This document shows positions 9,753-18,626 of a stretch of DNA of 64,000 bases, one piece after another. Origin of the DNA: Longimicrobiales bacterium. GTDB taxonomy: Bacteria; Gemmatimonadota; Gemmatimonadetes; Longimicrobiales; Gaopeijiaceae. The notes under the pieces are model-generated. The model made no database searches, was not told the origin of the DNA, and saw only the letters and a list, made by a program, of their open reading frames with translations. The first letter of the stretch is position 1. Each line of letters opens with the position of its first letter. The stretch is taken from NCBI GenBank assembly GCA_965249725.1, contig CBDFMQ010000002.1, positions 1,728,001 to 1,792,000 on the forward strand, in the 5' to 3' direction. A program made the position numbers and the translations under genes.

Positions 9753-11777
9753 ATGCTCATCCGAGGCCGCGCGTCCGTACTGCTCGCCGTTCTGTTCCTC
9801 CTGCCTGCCGCCTCGAGCGCACAGGCCCCCGAGGGTACTCTCAGCCTGGAGACCTACCTCGATTGGGAGTGGGTGAGCGGCGCCCAGATATCTCCCGACG
9901 GAGGCCAGGTCCTCTATACCCGGGGTTGGGTGGACAAGATGGAGGACCGGAGACGTTCGTCGGTCTGGATCATGAACGCCGACGGGTCGCGGAATCGCTT
10001 CCTCGTGGACGGCTCGGGCCCGAGGTGGTCACCGGACGGCTCTCGCATCGTCTTCACCGACGAGGATGACGCCGGTGACACGCAGGTATTTGTCCGTTGG
10101 ATGGACGCCGAGGGTGCCACGAGTCAGGTCACCCGCGTCGAGGAATCTCCGGGCAACCTCAGGTGGTCGCCGAACGGGATGGAGATCGCCTTCACCATGA
10201 CGGTCGAGTCCCCAGCCAGCGAGTGGAGTGTGGATCTCCCCGATCGTCCAGAGGGAGCCGAGTGGACGGACAGCCCGAAGGTGGTCGACCGGCTGCAGTA
10301 CCGGCGCGATCGCCGAGGGTACATCGACGAGGGCTACACACACGTGTTCGTAGTCCCCGCCGAGGGCGGCACGCCTCGTCAGCTGACGGACGGAGACTGG
10401 AACCACAGCGCGGTTGAGTGGATGCCTGACGGATACAGTCTGGTATTCAGCTCACTACGGGTGGAGAAGTCCGAGTACATCTGGCGAGAGTCCGAGATCT
10501 ATGAAGTGGACATCAATACCGGCACGATCAGTCAGCTCACCTCTCGATACGGGCCCGACCAGAGCCCGGTTCCGTCACCAGACGGCCGTCTCATCGCCTA
10601 CCAGGGTCTGGACTACCACGAGGATACGTACCGCGAGAATGGCCTCTACGTGATGAACGCCGACGGTTCCGGCCCGCGTCTTCTGGCGGAGGAGCTCGGC
10701 CGAGGCCTCGGCAACGTGACCTGGGCCCCCGACGGGAGTGGTGTCTACTTCAACTCGAGCATGCGCGGGACGGCCAATGTCTGGTTCGCGCCCCTCAACG
10801 GAGAGCCGCGCGCAGTGACGACCGGAACGCACATGCTCTCCATGTCGTCCATCGCCGCGAACGGGACGGCAGTCGGCACGCTGAGCAGCTATCAGCGCCC
10901 GCCGGATGTCGTGAGCTTCGATCTGGACGACGCGACGGCCAAGCATCGTATCACCAAGGTGAACCAGGACGTCCTCGCCGGCGTCACGCTCGGGGATGTG
11001 GAAGAGATCTGGTACAAATCAGTGGGTGATTACGACATCCAGGGGTGGATCATCAAACCGCCCGACTTCGATCCGTCCCGGAAATACCCGCTGATGCTCT
11101 CCATCCACGGAGGGCCCCACGGTATGTACAACGCTGGATTCAACTTCGGTTGGCAGAACCACGCGGCGAATGGATACGTGGTCCTGTACACCAACCCGAG
11201 AGGAAGCTCTGGATACGGGAGCGCGTTCGGGAACGCGATCAAGAACGCCTACCCGGGCCAAGACTTCGACGACCTCATGGCCGGCGTGGACGAGGTCATC
11301 GCGAAGGGGTACGTCGACGAAGACAACATGTTCGTGTACGGTTGCTCCGGCGGCGGCGTCCTGACGTCGTGGGTCGTGGGTCACACCGACCGGTTCGCTG
11401 CCGCTTCGGCGAATTGTCCCGTCACGAATTGGCTGTCGTTCGTCGGCACGACCGACGGAGCGAGCTGGTACCGCAACTTCGCGGAGTACCCCTGGGACGA
11501 TCCGTCCGAGCACCTGCGGCGTTCACCGCTCATGTATGTGGGTAACGTGACGACGCCCACCATGCTCATGACGGGCGAAGGCGATCTCCGGACGCCCATG
11601 CCTCAGACCGAGGAGTTCTATCAGGCTCTTCGCGTTCTCGACGTTCCAACGCTGATGGTCCGGTACAAGAACGAGTGGCACGGAACGAGCTCGACGCCGT
11701 CGAACTTCCTCCGCACACAGCTCTTCTTGAGGAAGTGGTTCCAGAAATGGGAGCGGCCGAGAGCAGTGACGCAGTAG
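9753..11777 (+). CDS. Secreted S9 family peptidase
   Basis: Signal peptide, SPDG propeller repeats, HGGPH, GCSGGG, GEGDLRTP and EWHG; GAGGAGG upstream. Confidence 0.92.
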   Translation: MLIRGRASVLLAVLFLLPAASSAQAPEGTLSLETYLDWEWVSGAQISPDGGQVLYTRGWVDKMEDRRRSSVWIMNADGSRNRFLVDGSGPRWSPDGSRIVFTDEDDAGDTQVFVRWMDAEGATSQVTRVEESPGNLRWSPNGMEIAFTMTVESPASEWSVDLPDRPEGAEWTDSPKVVDRLQYRRDRRGYIDEGYTHVFVVPAEGGTPRQLTDGDWNHSAVEWMPDGYSLVFSSLRVEKSEYIWRESEIYEVDINTGTISQLTSRYGPDQSPVPSPDGRLIAYQGLDYHEDTYRENGLYVMNADGSGPRLLAEELGRGLGNVTWAPDGSGVYFNSSMRGTANVWFAPLNGEPRAVTTGTHMLSMSSIAANGTAVGTLSSYQRPPDVVSFDLDDATAKHRITKVNQDVLAGVTLGDVEEIWYKSVGDYDIQGWIIKPPDFDPSRKYPLMLSIHGGPHGMYNAGFNFGWQNHAANGYVVLYTNPRGSSGYGSAFGNAIKNAYPGQDFDDLMAGVDEVIAKGYVDEDNMFVYGCSGGGVLTSWVVGHTDRFAAASANCPVTNWLSFVGTTDGASWYRNFAEYPWDDPSEHLRRSPLMYVGNVTTPTMLMTGEGDLRTPMPQTEEFYQALRVLDVPTLMVRYKNEWHGTSSTPSNFLRTQLFLRKWFQKWERPRAVTQ

Positions 11778-11790
11778 CGGTGACGCAGTA
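11763..11790 (+). repeat. 14-bp tandem duplication GC(A/G)GTGACGCAGTA spanning the S9 stop codon
   Basis: 11763-11776 and 11777-11790. Confidence 0.8.
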
Positions 11791-11849
11791 GGCGGCGCGA
11801 GCGCCGTCGCGGCCGACACAACGGCCATCGATCGGCCCTGCATCGGCCC

Positions 11850-11884
11850 TCCACCGGTTCGTCCACCGGTTCGTCCACCGGTTC
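11850..11884. repeat. 12-bp tandem repeat TCCACCGGTTCG x3
   Basis: Read directly; preceded by ATCGGCCCT x2 (11831, 11842). Confidence 0.9.
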
Positions 11885-11918
11885 CTCCGGGGGAGGGCCG
11901 ATTCACGGCCCCCAACGA

Positions 11919-13442
11919 CTAGGCCGCATTCGAGGCCGACGCCGTGTCCTCCATTGCCTTGAGCGCCGCGGCGACGACCAGCCAGGGAATGTCGACCTCG
12001 CGCTTGTAGTGGGCCGCACCGGTCGAGTAGTCGGGCTCGATGCCTGGGGTCCGGTTCTGCTCGACGAGCCTCTCAACGGGCTCGGGCGGGAGCGGCGGGG
12101 GCGGGGGCGGCCGGTCCGGGATCATCCGCATCTTCGGATCGAGGAAGTAGAGCCGATCCCCCCGAGGGAGGTGCACGGTGTACCCTTCCTCGTGAACCAA
12201 CCGATGATGAAGCCGGCACAGAAGCACCAGGTTCTCGAGCTTGGTCTCACCGCCGTCGGCCCAATGCCTGATGTGATGAGCGTCGGTGAAACGGAGTCCA
12301 CAGCCCGGAAAACGGCATCCTCGGTCGCGGGACTCCAGCGCTCGCCTGAGTGACGGCGGGATCGTACGGGTCTTGCGGCCTACGTCGAGGATCGAGCTGT
12401 CGGGTGACTCGGTGAGCCGCACCACGCTCGCATCGCACGAGAGCCTCCGGGACGTTTCCGCGGAAACGCGTGTGCCGTCCTCGAGGTCCGAGCGTCCGGG
12501 CTCTGCGTCGCTCCGCAGCGTAGACGACTCGACGTGTAGGACGACTTGGTAGCGCTCCGCGCGGGTTCCGCTGAGGGGGGCGACCCGGGCGTCGGCGTCA
12601 CCGACGGCCGCGCCCTTCCCGAGCCCGTCCTCCGCCTCCTGCTCCGCCCCGAACCCGGCCGCCAGCGCCTGCTCGGCCAGCAACCCCACTGCATCCGCCC
12701 GCCGCTGTTTCGGCTCGATGCTCGCAGAGAGGTCCTTTGAGGCGTCCGACGAGGCGCTCGCCCCATACAGCGCGTCGCCCGCCGCGTCCACCGCCCGCAT
12801 GAGCATGGTCCCGACCTCCGGATCCAACCGCCCGCGCACCAGATACATGCCCTCCTCGTCGGGGAAGACCGAGAAGCAGCGCGAGCGGTGCCGCATCCGT
12901 TCGAGCTCGGCCTCATCGTGCCGGCTCAGACGACGCCACGCCCGTACCACCCGCTCCAACTGGGCGGCCGTGCAGGAGTGGGCCAGCTCGAGCAGCTCGC
13001 CCTCACTCTCAGGAGTGGCCACGCGCGTGAGCGCCCGCACCTTGGCGAACGAAAGCTCGCCCTGGGCCATGGACGCGCTGATCCGGGGAAGATCCACAAG
13101 CGCTCGGGAGGCGCGCACCCTCTCGCGGGCGGCCCCCAGATCGATGCCGGTGCGGAAAGCGAGCCAGTGGGCGCAGGACCTGTGGCCGCCGGGCTCCCAC
13201 CCGCGGAGCCGGTCGAACTCGGCGATCAGGGTGAGGAGCCGCTGCTCGGCGGCGTGGATATGCGCCGAGAGGGTGGCGATCTCGTCGCCCAGATCCTGGA
13301 GCGCGTCGAGGTGGTCGTCAGACCGATCAGGTGTGCGGTCGCCGGCCTCGAACAGGCTGGAACGGGCCGCCTCAGGTGCCGATTCATCGGACTTGGTGGG
13401 AGCGTACGGGAATTCTGCAACTGCGAGCTTGGCGGGACGCAT
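11919..13442 (-). CDS. DUF222 (13E12-repeat-like) protein with C-terminal HNH endonuclease
   Basis: SCAHWLAFRTG, GELSFAKVRALTR and RRLSCDA; HNH domain RDRGCRFPGC...DAHHIRHWADGGETKLENLVLLCRLHHRLVHE. Confidence 0.9.
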   Translation of the reverse strand: MRPAKLAVAEFPYAPTKSDESAPEAARSSLFEAGDRTPDRSDDHLDALQDLGDEIATLSAHIHAAEQRLLTLIAEFDRLRGWEPGGHRSCAHWLAFRTGIDLGAARERVRASRALVDLPRISASMAQGELSFAKVRALTRVATPESEGELLELAHSCTAAQLERVVRAWRRLSRHDEAELERMRHRSRCFSVFPDEEGMYLVRGRLDPEVGTMLMRAVDAAGDALYGASASSDASKDLSASIEPKQRRADAVGLLAEQALAAGFGAEQEAEDGLGKGAAVGDADARVAPLSGTRAERYQVVLHVESSTLRSDAEPGRSDLEDGTRVSAETSRRLSCDASVVRLTESPDSSILDVGRKTRTIPPSLRRALESRDRGCRFPGCGLRFTDAHHIRHWADGGETKLENLVLLCRLHHRLVHEEGYTVHLPRGDRLYFLDPKMRMIPDRPPPPPPLPPEPVERLVEQNRTPGIEPDYSTGAAHYKREVDIPWLVVAAALKAMEDTASASNAA

Positions 13443-13743
13443 TGAAATTTCTCATCTGTAAGAGCAGTAAAGACTTACAGTGAAATATAACGGGCGTATT
13501 TCGGGCCTCTCCGTGACCCCTGGAAGCCACGAGGAGGGGCTTCCAGGCCAAAGGCGTCGAGCCGACGGCGTAGGGTGCCTTCAGGGATACGCGGAGGCCG
13601 CCAATGCGCTGATTCAGGGATACTCCGGCATCGACGGCATCGGCCTTCCGAAAAAGTCGTCCATAGCTGGATGGGACCGAACGCGGAAGGACCGCTGGAC
13701 CCGACCGGGTCAGACCGGCCGCCCGTCCGTGGGCCGGTCTCAC

Positions 13744-13819
13744 TTCGGTCCGTCCGCCCCTATTCGGTCCGTCCGTCCCAACTCCGTCCGTCCGTCCCAA
13801 CTCCGTCCGTCCGTCCCTA
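13744..13819 (-). repeat. 19-bp tandem repeat x4 starting at the stop codon of the DUF5916 gene
   Basis: Plus-strand units ttcggtccgtccgccccta, ttcggtccgtccgtcccaa, ctccgtccgtccgtcccaa and ctccgtccgtccgtcccta. Confidence 0.9.
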
Positions 13820-15991
13820 GAACGCCTTCAGGTAGGTCAGCTTGACCACCCCGGTCCGCTGCAGCCATCGCGTCTCCCGAGGGTCCAACAGGTCGCCCAT
13901 CTGATAGCCGGTGTTCAGGACGATGAACAGGTCGCTCCCCGGGGTGTGGATCCAGTCCACCCTGAAGTTCGCCTGCAGCTTCTTCGACACGTCGTCCCAC
14001 TGTACCAACGCGTTCGCGAAAAGCTTGCGGGACACCGCACCGACGGCGTTCAGGCCGACCACGGTCGTCGAGAACCGACCATCGTCCACCGGCAAATCGA
14101 TCCTATTGCGGCTGAAGGACGGGGTGACGGTCAGGTGGGGCCCCGTCTTCCAGGAACCGGAAAGGCTGTAGTCGGTCCTCGTCCCGTTCCAGAAATCGCC
14201 CACCCGGAGGCTGGCCCTCCCCTGGAACGTTCGACTCGAGTTCGTGGTGATCGAACCGTCCACATAGGTGAAATCGTAGTCGCCCGCAGCGAGCTGGCGA
14301 CCCTGGATAGAGGCGGGATCGACAAGCCCTTCGAACTGCCGGCGGACGTTGAACGTCAGGCGCTCACCGCTCTCGAGCGTGAACATGTTGTGGAAGAGCT
14401 TCACCGTGCTCTGCTTCACCCCGTCCTGCCCGTCGATCCGCTCGACACTGACGGCTGAAACCAGGGATCGGGCCCAGGAGCTGCTCTCGAATGCGGGGGT
14501 CCACGCGGCGTTGCCTCCGTACTGAACCATGTCGCGTCGTCGCACGAAACCCAGCGCCGGCCCGAAGTCCGCCTCCACGCTCTTGAACTTCCCACCCATC
14601 ACCCACGATCGCTGCGGCCGGATGTCGAGCTTGATGCTCCCAGCAGCCGACGACCCGACTTCAGAGTCTCTCACGTTGGCATACCAACCGGTAAACGCGC
14701 TGCCTCCCCAGAACCGGACTTGGGCGTCCGCTCCGATCACCCGATTGTGACCCTCACCGTTCTGGAGGTTCGTGAAGATGCCGCCCACGGTGGTGCGAGG
14801 GAGGACGTCCCCCCGAAGGCGGAGGACCGAGTTGTTGGCCCCGCGCACCAGGTCCCCACCCGACCCCGCATCGTCGGTCTGGAGGCTCAACATCCCCACG
14901 GAGAGCCGCCCCATTTGGCCCGTGACCCGGCCCCCTCCGATGATCCCATTGGAGAGCCCGATCCTGCGGCTGAAGAAGATCTCCGTGTCCCGATTGTCGC
15001 CGAATGAGAACAGCCCGGACCGCTCCAGGAAGAACTCCCGCTTCTCCGGAAAGAAGAGGCTGAAGCGCGTGAGGTTCACCTGAACATTGTCGGCCTCGAC
15101 CTGAGCGAAGTCGGTGTTCCAGGTGAGATCCGCAGTCAGGTTCGAGGTGATGGCGTACTTGAGGTCGACTCCGATGTCGTCGAGAACGTCCGTGTCGCTA
15201 TCCCCTTCGAGCTTCTGGACCCCGGCGATCACGAAAGGCTTGAGCTCCATGTAGCGCCCCTGCGGCAGGTCCTGAAGGCCGGTGAGGGTGGCCCACTGGG
15301 AGATCTGTCGGAAGCCGCTCCGGAACCGGGCTGGAATGTGCGGCCAGAAGACCTCCTCGCTTTTCCTGCGAATATTGCGCCGGAAAGCCACGCCCATCCG
15401 GGGTGCGTCTTGGGACGAGAAGCGGATGGAGGTGAACGGGATCGCCACCTCGAGTACCCAACCCTCATCGGTGATGCGCGCCTGGCTCTGGTAGACTCCC
15501 TCCCAGTCCCAGTTCTCGGAGCTCTCGTCGGTGATGAGCGCGTCGGCCTGGGTACCGAAGGCATTCAATTCGAACAGGTAGCCGTTGCGGCGGTCGTGGT
15601 ACGTGTCCAGGCCGATCCAGACGTTGTCGTCCTCCCTGATGCGCCCCTCTCGAACGAGAATGCTGCTACGGATCAGATGAGGCTCCGAGTCGTAGAGCTT
15701 CAGGCCGAAGTAGATGGCTCTTTGGTCGTAGGCGATCCGGACCTCGGTCCGTTCGGATGGCTCACCCCCATCGACCGGAACCCGCTGTCGAAACTCGCTG
15801 ATGGCCGGGATAGACTCCCAAAAGGCTTCGTCCATCACGCCATCGATGTCCGGCGGCTCGGCCACAGGGACGGCAACCGCGGAGAGCGACGCGCCGGCCG
15901 GAGGGTCCGGGGCCTTCTTCTGGCCCAGTACACCGGCAGGGGTCGTCAGAATAGCCGAAAGGAGTACGAGCCCTCCACTACCCAACCGCAT
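13817..15991 (-). CDS. Outer-membrane protein with N-terminal CBM9-like domain (DUF5916-like)
   Basis: PPDIDGVMDEAFW, WNTDFAQVEAD, NLTRFSLFFPEKREFFLE and FFSRRIG; C-terminal VKLTYLKAF beta-signal; start uncertain. Confidence 0.8.
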   Translation of the reverse strand: MRLGSGGLVLLSAILTTPAGVLGQKKAPDPPAGASLSAVAVPVAEPPDIDGVMDEAFWESIPAISEFRQRVPVDGGEPSERTEVRIAYDQRAIYFGLKLYDSEPHLIRSSILVREGRIREDDNVWIGLDTYHDRRNGYLFELNAFGTQADALITDESSENWDWEGVYQSQARITDEGWVLEVAIPFTSIRFSSQDAPRMGVAFRRNIRRKSEEVFWPHIPARFRSGFRQISQWATLTGLQDLPQGRYMELKPFVIAGVQKLEGDSDTDVLDDIGVDLKYAITSNLTADLTWNTDFAQVEADNVQVNLTRFSLFFPEKREFFLERSGLFSFGDNRDTEIFFSRRIGLSNGIIGGGRVTGQMGRLSVGMLSLQTDDAGSGGDLVRGANNSVLRLRGDVLPRTTVGGIFTNLQNGEGHNRVIGADAQVRFWGGSAFTGWYANVRDSEVGSSAAGSIKLDIRPQRSWVMGGKFKSVEADFGPALGFVRRRDMVQYGGNAAWTPAFESSSWARSLVSAVSVERIDGQDGVKQSTVKLFHNMFTLESGERLTFNVRRQFEGLVDPASIQGRQLAAGDYDFTYVDGSITTNSSRTFQGRASLRVGDFWNGTRTDYSLSGSWKTGPHLTVTPSFSRNRIDLPVDDGRFSTTVVGLNAVGAVSRKLFANALVQWDDVSKKLQANFRVDWIHTPGSDLFIVLNTGYQMGDLLDPRETRWLQRTGVVKLTYLKAF

Positions 15992-16251
15992 CGTCGGCAA
16001 TCGCCTGTCCTCGGTAATCGGTCGTCCTCCCATGGGACTCAACTAGAAACGCCCCCGCTAACTCACGCGATCGAGTCGTGAACAGGCGGAGGCGACCTGC
16101 CTTGAAGATAATGCTCCGTCAGGAGGCACCAAGTGGCAGCATCGGGCTTTCGCCCTTGGTGCCCGGACATATCTTGCACCGGAGAGGCGGCCCCGGCCGC
16201 CTCCGAGGATTCGATGGGGCAGCACGGGCTAGAAGGAGCAGGTGTGGACTG

Positions 16252-17970
16252 ATGGGACCGACGAATAGCAGAGTTCGACGAGGTGCCTCGTGGCGGCCCA
16301 GCCTGCGGGCCTTCGTCGGATCGTGCGCAGCACTCGTGCTCCTGGCGAATGCCGCCTGCGAGGTGGAGAGACCGGATTCGGGAGCCGATCCGATCGAGGC
16401 CGCCCTGGCAGCGATCGAGCCCGGTGCGCTCCGCACGCATGTAGAATTCCTCGCCGACGACCGCTTGGCCGGTCGACGGACCGGCACCCACGGGTATGAA
16501 TTGGCCGCCGACCACGTCGGTGAGCAGTTCGCGGGGATCGGTCTGCGCCCCGCGGGGGACGACGGGTCCTACCTCGGTCGGGTGCGGCTCAGGCGCGCGT
16601 CGGCCCTCGTCGACGAGTCATCCATGTCGGTGATTCTCGACGGTGGGGTCGAGCAGCTCACATCAGGCATCGACTACGTCGCCGGGGCACGCATCGATCA
16701 GGAACAGGGCACCACCGAGGCGCCAGCGGTCTTCGTGGGCTTCGGCGTGAGCGCGCCGGGCCTGGGATACGACGACTATGAGGGGGTCGACGCCCGCGGC
16801 AAATTCGTAGTCGTCCTGAGGGGAGCGCCGGCGAGTCTCGCAAGCGACGCATCGGCGCACTATTCGTCCGGCCGGATGAAGAGCCGGACCGCTGCCGAGC
16901 AGGGGGCAGTGGGCATGATCACCGTGCTCCCGCCCACGGAGGGAAGACGGGGCTCATGGGAGTCGGCGGTCGCTTCCGCAGGCCGCGGGAGCATGCAGTG
17001 GCTCGGCCCCGACGGGAGCCCCCCCGGTGGCGCCGCGCTCGCCACGGCGAGCATGAGCGTCGCGGGGGCTGAGAAGCTCTTCTCCGGCGCCCAAAGGACC
17101 CTCGCCGACGTGCTGGCGGACCCCGGCCTCAACGCATCGGGGTGGTTCGATCTTCGGGCCACGGTGCGCATATCGAGTCGCAGTCTGCACAGCGACCTGG
17201 AGGGGTTCAACGTCCTCGGCGTGCTTCCCGGCTCGGATCCCGATTTGGCAGACGAGTATATCGTGGTCACGGCGCATCTCGACCACGTGGGAATCGGACG
17301 CGCACAGAACGGTGACTCGATCTACAACGGCGCCGCGGACAATGCGGCCGGGGTCGGGTCGCTCATCGAAGTGGCCCGCGCGTTGGCCGGCCTTCCGACT
17401 GCACCCCGACGTACGTTCCTCTTCGTGGCCACGACTGCAGAAGAGGAGGGGCTGCTGGGCGCCCGGTATCTGGCCGCGAATCCCATCGAGTCACTCGGCA
17501 CCTTGATCGCAAACATCAATATGGACGGCAACCTGATGCTCTACCCCATGGCGAACATCATCGCCGTGGGAGGGGAGCACACCAGCCTGGGCGCGGTGGC
17601 AGAGGCGGCAGCGATCCGTGTTGGGCTACGGGTCCAGCCGGATCCGATGCCGGAGCAGAACCTGTTCATCCGGAGCGATCACTACGCCTTCGTCCTCCAG
17701 GGGACGCCTGCTGTGGCTCTGATGACGGGAATGACCAGTTCTGATCCGAGTGTCGACGGCCCGGCGGTGATGAACGAGTGGATCGCCACGACACTCCACA
17801 GACCCAACGACGACGCGAACCAGCCGTTCGACTATGAGTCGGGGGCCGACTATGTGCGGACGGTCTTTCTGATCGCGGAGCACGTGGGTAACGCAGATTC
17901 CCGTCCTCACTGGATCGAGGGCGATTTCTTCGGCGAGACGTTTGGGCGCGGGGGCTGGGGAGCCCCCTGA
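16252..17970 (+). CDS. M28 family metallopeptidase with PA domain
   Basis: TAHLDHVG, IYNGAADNAAG, TAEEEGLLG, NINMDG and RSDHYAF; start uncertain. Confidence 0.9.
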   Translation: MGPTNSRVRRGASWRPSLRAFVGSCAALVLLANAACEVERPDSGADPIEAALAAIEPGALRTHVEFLADDRLAGRRTGTHGYELAADHVGEQFAGIGLRPAGDDGSYLGRVRLRRASALVDESSMSVILDGGVEQLTSGIDYVAGARIDQEQGTTEAPAVFVGFGVSAPGLGYDDYEGVDARGKFVVVLRGAPASLASDASAHYSSGRMKSRTAAEQGAVGMITVLPPTEGRRGSWESAVASAGRGSMQWLGPDGSPPGGAALATASMSVAGAEKLFSGAQRTLADVLADPGLNASGWFDLRATVRISSRSLHSDLEGFNVLGVLPGSDPDLADEYIVVTAHLDHVGIGRAQNGDSIYNGAADNAAGVGSLIEVARALAGLPTAPRRTFLFVATTAEEEGLLGARYLAANPIESLGTLIANINMDGNLMLYPMANIIAVGGEHTSLGAVAEAAAIRVGLRVQPDPMPEQNLFIRSDHYAFVLQGTPAVALMTGMTSSDPSVDGPAVMNEWIATTLHRPNDDANQPFDYESGADYVRTVFLIAEHVGNADSRPHWIEGDFFGETFGRGGWGAP

Positions 17971-18044
17971 GGGGATCTCCCTGTGGGACTAGCGGGGCGT
18001 CGTCCGACTAGACACTTTGCCGCCTTCCTCCAACCTTCAGATCC

Positions 18045-18626
18045 ATGACTGAGCCATACGCCTCACGCAGAGAGTTCCTCGCCGCCACCGGGACCATGGC
18101 CGGTCTATGGCTCGGGACCGACCCCGACGCCTTTTTCAGCGCCCTCGAGGCTTCTCGAGCCGCGTCACGCGGAGAACAGGTCGTATACGAGGTGCTGACC
18201 GCCGCGCAGGCGGCCGACCTCGACGCCATCGCAGCCCAGATCATCCCGAGCGACGACGACCTGCCGGGTGCACGCGAGGCTCGAGCGGTCGTGTTCATCG
18301 ACCGGGCTCTGAGCGGATTCATGGCAGGCCAGAAAGACTTCCTGCTGGAAGGACTGGACGATCTCAACGGCACGGTAACGGAGCGGTGGCCCGCATCAGG
18401 ACGATTCGCCGGTCTTACAGAGGAGCAGCAGCACGGACTCCTCACCGAAATCGAGGACGAGCCGTTCTTCGGAGCCGTTAGGTTCGGCGTGCTCACGGGG
18501 ATGTTCGCCCATCCGGACTGGGGCGGGAACTACGAGGGGGCTGGATGGAAGCTCCTGGGCTTCGAGCCCCGGTTCGCTTGGCAACCCCCCTTCGGAGAGT
18601 ACGACGCAGAGGAGATGGGACGATGA
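18045..18626 (+). CDS. Gluconate 2-dehydrogenase subunit 3-like Tat hitch-hiker protein
   Basis: SRREFL Tat motif; IIPSDDDLPGAREARAVVFID and HPDWGGN...GWKLLGF. Confidence 0.85.
   Translation: MTEPYASRREFLAATGTMAGLWLGTDPDAFFSALEASRAASRGEQVVYEVLTAAQAADLDAIAAQIIPSDDDLPGAREARAVVFIDRALSGFMAGQKDFLLEGLDDLNGTVTERWPASGRFAGLTEEQQHGLLTEIEDEPFFGAVRFGVLTGMFAHPDWGGNYEGAGWKLLGFEPRFAWQPPFGEYDAEEMGR

Noticed and set aside
13384..13845. ORFs over the HNH upstream region (13384-13800 -, 13480-13845 +)
   Set aside because: They run through tandem repeats and overlap neighbouring genes with no protein-like features; treated as non-coding.
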